Part shown: one piece after another, positions 59,801-64,000 of the stretch
Numbering within the stretch: position 1 is the stretch's first letter
Layout of the letters: each line of letters starts with the position of its first letter
Assembly: GCF_964355755.1 (NCBI RefSeq)
Contig: NC_092673.1
Coordinates: 17,667,648-17,731,647 of the forward strand
Direction: 5' to 3'
Source of the DNA: Antedon mediterranea
Lineage: Eukaryota; Animalia; Echinodermata
Length of the DNA stretch: 64,000 nt
Program-made: the position numbers and the translations under genes
Notes under the pieces: generated by a model
Databases searched by the model: none
Seen by the model: the letters and a program-made list of their open reading frames with translations, nothing else
What the model was told of the DNA's origin: nothing

Positions 59801-62800
59801 TTTATAAATTTCATGATTATGATTCCTTTCCAGAATGGTGACACTCCATTACATTCATATCTGTGGAGTGGATATAAATCTACCTTGGAAATAGTGACGT
59901 GCCTCATACAGCATGGGACACCAGTAGCATTGAAAAATAAGGTAATGTACATGGGATTTGCTAGTGTAATATAGGCTAACATTCTATAGATCTGCTGAAG
60001 TAAACCATTCAATGAGAGAAAAAACCCGGCAATAAAACCTGACAAACATCCAATGCCAAAAATTGAGGACATATTTGCGACACTAGCTGGAGGAGAGAAA
60101 TTCTCAAAGTTAGACCTAAAAAACGCATACTTACACTTGGAAATGAGTGAGGAAGCAAAACGAATACTCACCATTAACACACAAAAAGGACTATACCAGG
60201 TAAATAGACTACCCTACGGTATAACCCCAGCGACCGGCATATGGCAGCGGATTATGGGGCAAGTACTCCAAGGTATCCCAGGAGTTGCCTGCATACTAGA
60301 CGATATGATTATAACTGGTCAAAATGACGACGTTCATTTGGAGCGCTTAAAACAAGTGTTGGAAAACTAAGGGAAAATGGTCTAATTCTGAATAAGAACA
60401 AATGTCAATTTCTGAAAACAAAGGTAATCTTCTTAGGTCATGTGATAGACAAACAAGGTCTAAAGTCTTTAGACAAGATTGACGCGGTAGTAGTAAATGC
60501 CCCAGCACCCACAGACGTATCAACGCTACAATCGTTTATTGGTTTAATCAATTATTACTATCGTTTCTTACCAAACTTGTCATCTATTCTCTACCCATTG
60601 CATCAGATACTACAGAAAGAAAAAAAATGGGAGGTCTAGCAAATGTGAGAAAGCATTTGTTAAAGTAAAAAACATGATAGCGGAAGAGTGTGTACTCGCG
60701 CACTACGATCCAAAGCTACCTGTGAGATTAGCAACTGACGCATCCCCATACGGTCTTGGTGCCGTATTATCACACGTCGTAAACGGTGAAGAGCGCCCAA
60801 TAGCGTTTGCTTCGAGAAGCCTTACTGTCGTGGAAAAGAATTATTCGCAAATAGACAAAGAAGCGCTAGGTATCATTTATGGAGTAAAGAAATTCACAGC
60901 ATACCTGTTAGGGAGAAAATTCACATTGTTAACCGATAACCAACCACTCACAAGACTGTTTAGTCCAACGAAAGCGATTCCAGCTACGGCAGCAGCCAGG
61001 TTAACGCGACAAGCAATTTTTCTTTCGGGATTTGACTATGAAATTGTCTACCGTCCAAGCACAGATAACATGAACGCTGACGCATTGTCGAGACTACCAC
61101 TACACATGCAAAGTGAAAAGTCAAACAAACCTGACGACATAGAGTTATTTTACGCGGATTGCTATGAAGCATTGCCTGTCACGTTTAAACAAATTAAGGA
61201 ACATACCAGACGTGATCCAATATTATCTAGAGTACTAGAGTACACGAAAAACGGTTGGCCCAACCAACGAGACGACGAACTTGAAGCATTTTACCGTAGA
61301 AAGGACGAATTAAATCTAATCGATGAATGTTTATTTAATGGGGGAACCGAATAATTATTCCTCCCAAGCTACGCAAAGAAGTAAGCGACGAACTCCAACC
61401 AGGGACATCTCGGGGTAGTAAAAATGAAATCTATCGCGAGTAGCTACTGTTGGTGGCCCAGAATGGACCACGATATTGAGACATTAGCGAAAGCATGTCC
61501 AGGTTGCCAACTTAACATGAAGGAGCCACCAAAAGCACCATTACACTCGTGGGAGTGGCCTGAAAACGTATACGACCGCATCCATATCGATTACGCAGGT
61601 CCTATCGACGGCATTATGTACTTAGTAGTTGTACTGAGACGAGCACTCCAAAGGGCCAGAAGTATTAGCGACTAGAGATACCTCTTTGAGTAAAACCATT
61701 ACCATGCTGAGAAGTCTATTCGCACGATACGGCCTATGCCAGATACTTGTGTCAGACAACGGACCGCAATTTAAGTCAAGTGAGTTCGAAATGTTCTTGA
61801 AAAGCAATGGTATTACTTCGGCACCTTATCATCCTGCGACTAATGGTCTAGCAGTGCGCATAGTCCAAACATTTAAAAATGCCTTGAAAATGGCAAAACT
61901 GGACAAAGGAAGTAAACAGCTAAAGTTAGACAATTTCTTATTACACTACAGGAATTCACTACATGCAACAACCGGTGTAAGTCGAGCACAGTTATTCTTA
62001 AATAGAAATTTGAGAACAAGACTTGACCTAATTAAACCTGATCTAAAGCGGAAAGTGTTCGAGAATCAAAACAAGCAAAGAATAAACCCAGGAAAACAAC
62101 GCGAGTTCAAAATTGGACAAAAAGTGTTAGCTAGAGATTACAGAAATGAGGATAAGTGGGTAACAGCTAAAATTATAGCAGTAAATGGCCCACTGTCATA
62201 CGAAGTGAAAACACAACAAGGAGGACTGTGGAATAGACATGTCGAACAATTGCGCGAAACGCTATTGAAAACTACAGAAATCACCCAACCGACATTGACA
62301 CCACAGTACATACCGGAAGCGACACCAACACCAACAATGGAAACAGCACCTTCAATCGCAAACAATCAGCAAAGCGAAGAAGCAGTAAATAAAGAAATCA
62401 TGAACGCTAAAACACCAAGACGCTCCAAGAGAGTGGTCAAAAGCCCTAAAAGTCTTATAGCTGAAATATAATGAACTCATTGTCTTCCAATAAAATACAC
62501 AAGACATTTTGAACTGAACATTGATTTTTAATTCATATATAAATCTCAATTATTCTCTTTCACCTTGTACAACAATATGTAATGGATGAACACTAAACTG
62601 TTCACTATCAATTATCATTATTAATGGACCTTAAGATATATTCACTTTACAGATTCATAATTTTAAATATGTTTGTATGTCTAAATAGGAACCAAGTCAA
62701 ATAGCATACAATTATTGAATGTTCTTTTGTTTATATCGTACAGGTATAATAAAACCTAAAATAATTAAAAACAATATAAAACATAGAAAAAAGATTCTTA

Positions 62801-64000
62801 CGGATAACTTTAACTCATATATTGTTGACACACCCAAATGTTTAACCTACCTTTAAATTATTTCTGGGAGAATTGTAATGTATTATGTATAGCTATAGTA
62901 TTCTCAGATACTCCTAAATATTAGTATAGCGCCACCTATGTTGAAATAAAACTGATTTACAAAATGGACGATAGTTTACACTGTGTTTATGTCATGAGGT
63001 CTATAAACAATCAATTGTAATCCACAAACATCTTCAGTACACAACAATATTCTATTTTGTTTTCATTTATCAATAATGATAATTAGGATTTTATCACATT
63101 ATTTAGCAGTAATTGTTGTTGTTTGTATTAACAACAACAAAAAACAATTTCACATAATGTCTGTTGTTAGTATTTATAAACTTCATTATGATTCCTTTCC
63201 AGCATGGTGAAACTCCATTACTTTTATATCTGATGAGTAGAAATACAACACCTACCTTAGAAATAGTGACGTGTCTCATTCAGCATGGGGCACCAGTAGC
63301 ATTGCAAGATGAGGTAATGTACAGGGATTTGCTAGTGTAATAGGCTAACATTCTATAGATATGCTGTGGTAAACCATTCTATTTTGTTCTACTCATTTAT
63401 TAATAATGATAATTATGATTATTTTACCACAATATTTAGCAGCAATTGTTGTTGTTTGTATTGACAAAAAAAACAAACAATTTCACATAATGTCTGTTGT
63501 CAGTATTTATAAACTTTATTATGATTCCTTTCCAGGATGGTGACACTCTATTACATACATATCTGAGACATGAAGACCCTACCTTAGAAATAGTGACTTG
63601 TCTCATTCAGCATGGGACACCAGTAGCATTGCAAAAGAAGGTAATGTACAGGGATTTGCTAGTGTAATAGGCTAACATTCTATAGATATGATGTGGTAAA
63701 CCATTCTATTTTGTTCTACTCATTTATTAATAATGATAATTATGATTATTTACCACAATATTTAGTAGCAATTGTTGTTGTTTGTATTGACAAAAAAAAA
63801 ACAATTTCACATAATGTCTGTTGTCAGTATTTATAAACTTCATTATGATTCCTTTCCAGAATGGTAACACTCCATTACATTCATATCTGATGATTGGATA
63901 CCCTACCTTAGAAATAGTGACGTGTCTCATTCAGCATGGGGCACCATTAGCATTGCAAAATAAGGTAATGTACAGGGATTTGCTAGTGTAATAGGCTAAC
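47890..64000 (+). CDS. Gene B (3'-incomplete paralog): start exon 47890-47897, N-cap exon 49539-49632, ankyrin cassette exons B1-B5
   Basis: ATG GAA AG/GTAC joined to a phase-2 exon gives MERNKLQDAFYRNDLQKIKQICKTQPDLLKSIDE ending in phase 0, compatible with the downstream ankyrin exons. Confidence 0.75.
48036..49329. mobile_element. Harbinger-like non-autonomous element with a nested Tc1/mariner-like MITE (~48360-49132)
   Basis: TIR ggcc-polyA-ttgtttgtttgctgtca / tgacagcaaacaaac-polyT-ggcc with TAA flanks; inner TIR gtatatttcggtgtat / atacaccgaaatatac. Confidence 0.65.
49539..49632 (+). CDS. Gene B N-terminal capping exon (RNKLQDAFYRNDLQKIKQICKTQPDLLKSIDE)
   Basis: 94 nt, phase 2 to 0; L..A....DL..IK..  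...D pattern like an ankyrin N-cap. Confidence 0.7.
49739..53505. repeat. 71-bp tandem satellite (~38 units), interrupted by a TIR element
   Basis: Unit gcatgtactgattaaccacattaggctaaaaataataatataaatacacactgatgatggaggtataacct. Confidence 0.95.
51433..52527. mobile_element. TIR non-autonomous element with 8-10 bp TSD (hAT- or Mutator-like), containing a nested foldback element
   Basis: ggggtgtcacgaaacctaagacca / tggtcttaggtttcgtgacacccc; tgatgatg is duplicated on both sides. Confidence 0.85.
53513..55803 (-). mobile_element. HINE family 2 element carrying a nested ~850-bp insertion (~53769-54620)
   Basis: CTAG-hairpin-ggttatatgca at the left end, aggttatatgcatgataatgcatataacct at the right; the insert starts with the hairpin actagagggt...accctctagt. 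Confidence 0.7.
55842..56372. mobile_element. MITE (Harbinger-like TIRs)
   Basis: aggccaatttacacagacgagcggtaa / ttaccgctcgtttgtgtaaattggcct. Confidence 0.75.
57193..57297 (+). CDS. Ankyrin cassette exon B1: YGDTPLHGYLRYEDPTLDIVNYLIQHGAPATLQNK
   Basis: 105 nt, AG/GT, phase 0-0. Confidence 0.85.
58018..58890. mobile_element. MITE inserted in an ankyrin-array intron unit
   Basis: TIR agggcctgtttctgctga / tcagcagaaacagaccct with TA flanks and subterminal aatcgatt repeats; empty site aaaattgcactgtacac at ~180. Confidence 0.78.
59834..59941 (+). CDS. Ankyrin cassette exon B2: NGDTPLHSYLWSGYKSTLEIVTCLIQHGTPVALKNK
   Basis: 108 nt, AG/GT, phase 0-0. Confidence 0.85.
60025..63046 (+). mobile_element. 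5'-truncated Ty3/Gypsy LTR retrotransposon: frameshifted pol (RT - RNase H - integrase) plus probable 3' LTR 62874-63046
   Basis: FSKLDLKNAY, LPYG, ILDD; TDASPYGLGAVL, EKEA-like DKEA, NADALSR; WWPRMD..C..C, HIDYAGP, SDNGPQF, PYHPATNG. Purine tract gggagaa, then TGTAATGTA...AATAAA...TACACAACA. Confidence 0.92.
63203..63313 (+). CDS. Ankyrin cassette exon B3: HGETPLLLYLMSRNTTPTLEIVTCLIQHGAPVALQDE
   Basis: 111 nt, AG/GT, phase 0-0. Confidence 0.85.
63536..63640 (+). CDS. Ankyrin cassette exon B4: DGDTLLHTYLRHEDPTLEIVTCLIQHGTPVALQKK
   Basis: 105 nt, AG/GT, phase 0-0. Confidence 0.85.
63860..63964 (+). CDS. Ankyrin cassette exon B5: NGNTPLHSYLMIGYPTLEIVTCLIQHGAPLALQNK
   Basis: 105 nt, AG/GT, phase 0-0. 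Confidence 0.85.

Overview
AT-rich, intron-rich eukaryotic genomic DNA, probably from a marine invertebrate (inference from composition, TE types and gene family). It holds two tandem, same-strand paralogous genes. Gene A (5' end upstream of the window, stop at 39635) encodes an ankyrin-array / Roc GTPase / COR / tandem-DED protein (Roco family). Gene B (starts ~47890, runs off the window end) has an N-cap exon and the same ankyrin array. The main feature is that each ankyrin repeat is one symmetric phase-0 exon (105/108/111 nt) inside near-identical intron units. The framework codons and introns are almost invariant, while the positions matching the ankyrin ligand-binding face are hypervariable, mostly non-synonymous and mosaic between exons and between the two genes. 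Whole exon units have been gained, lost and decayed. This looks like a diversifying, exon-shuffling innate immune receptor family (variable sensor, GTPase switch, death-fold effector). Introns contain Helentron-like non-autonomous elements, MITEs, LINE and Gypsy remnants, a 71-bp satellite and a ~5-7 kb tandem segmental duplication. All exon calls were made by hand from splice sites and reading phase; none is transcript-confirmed.
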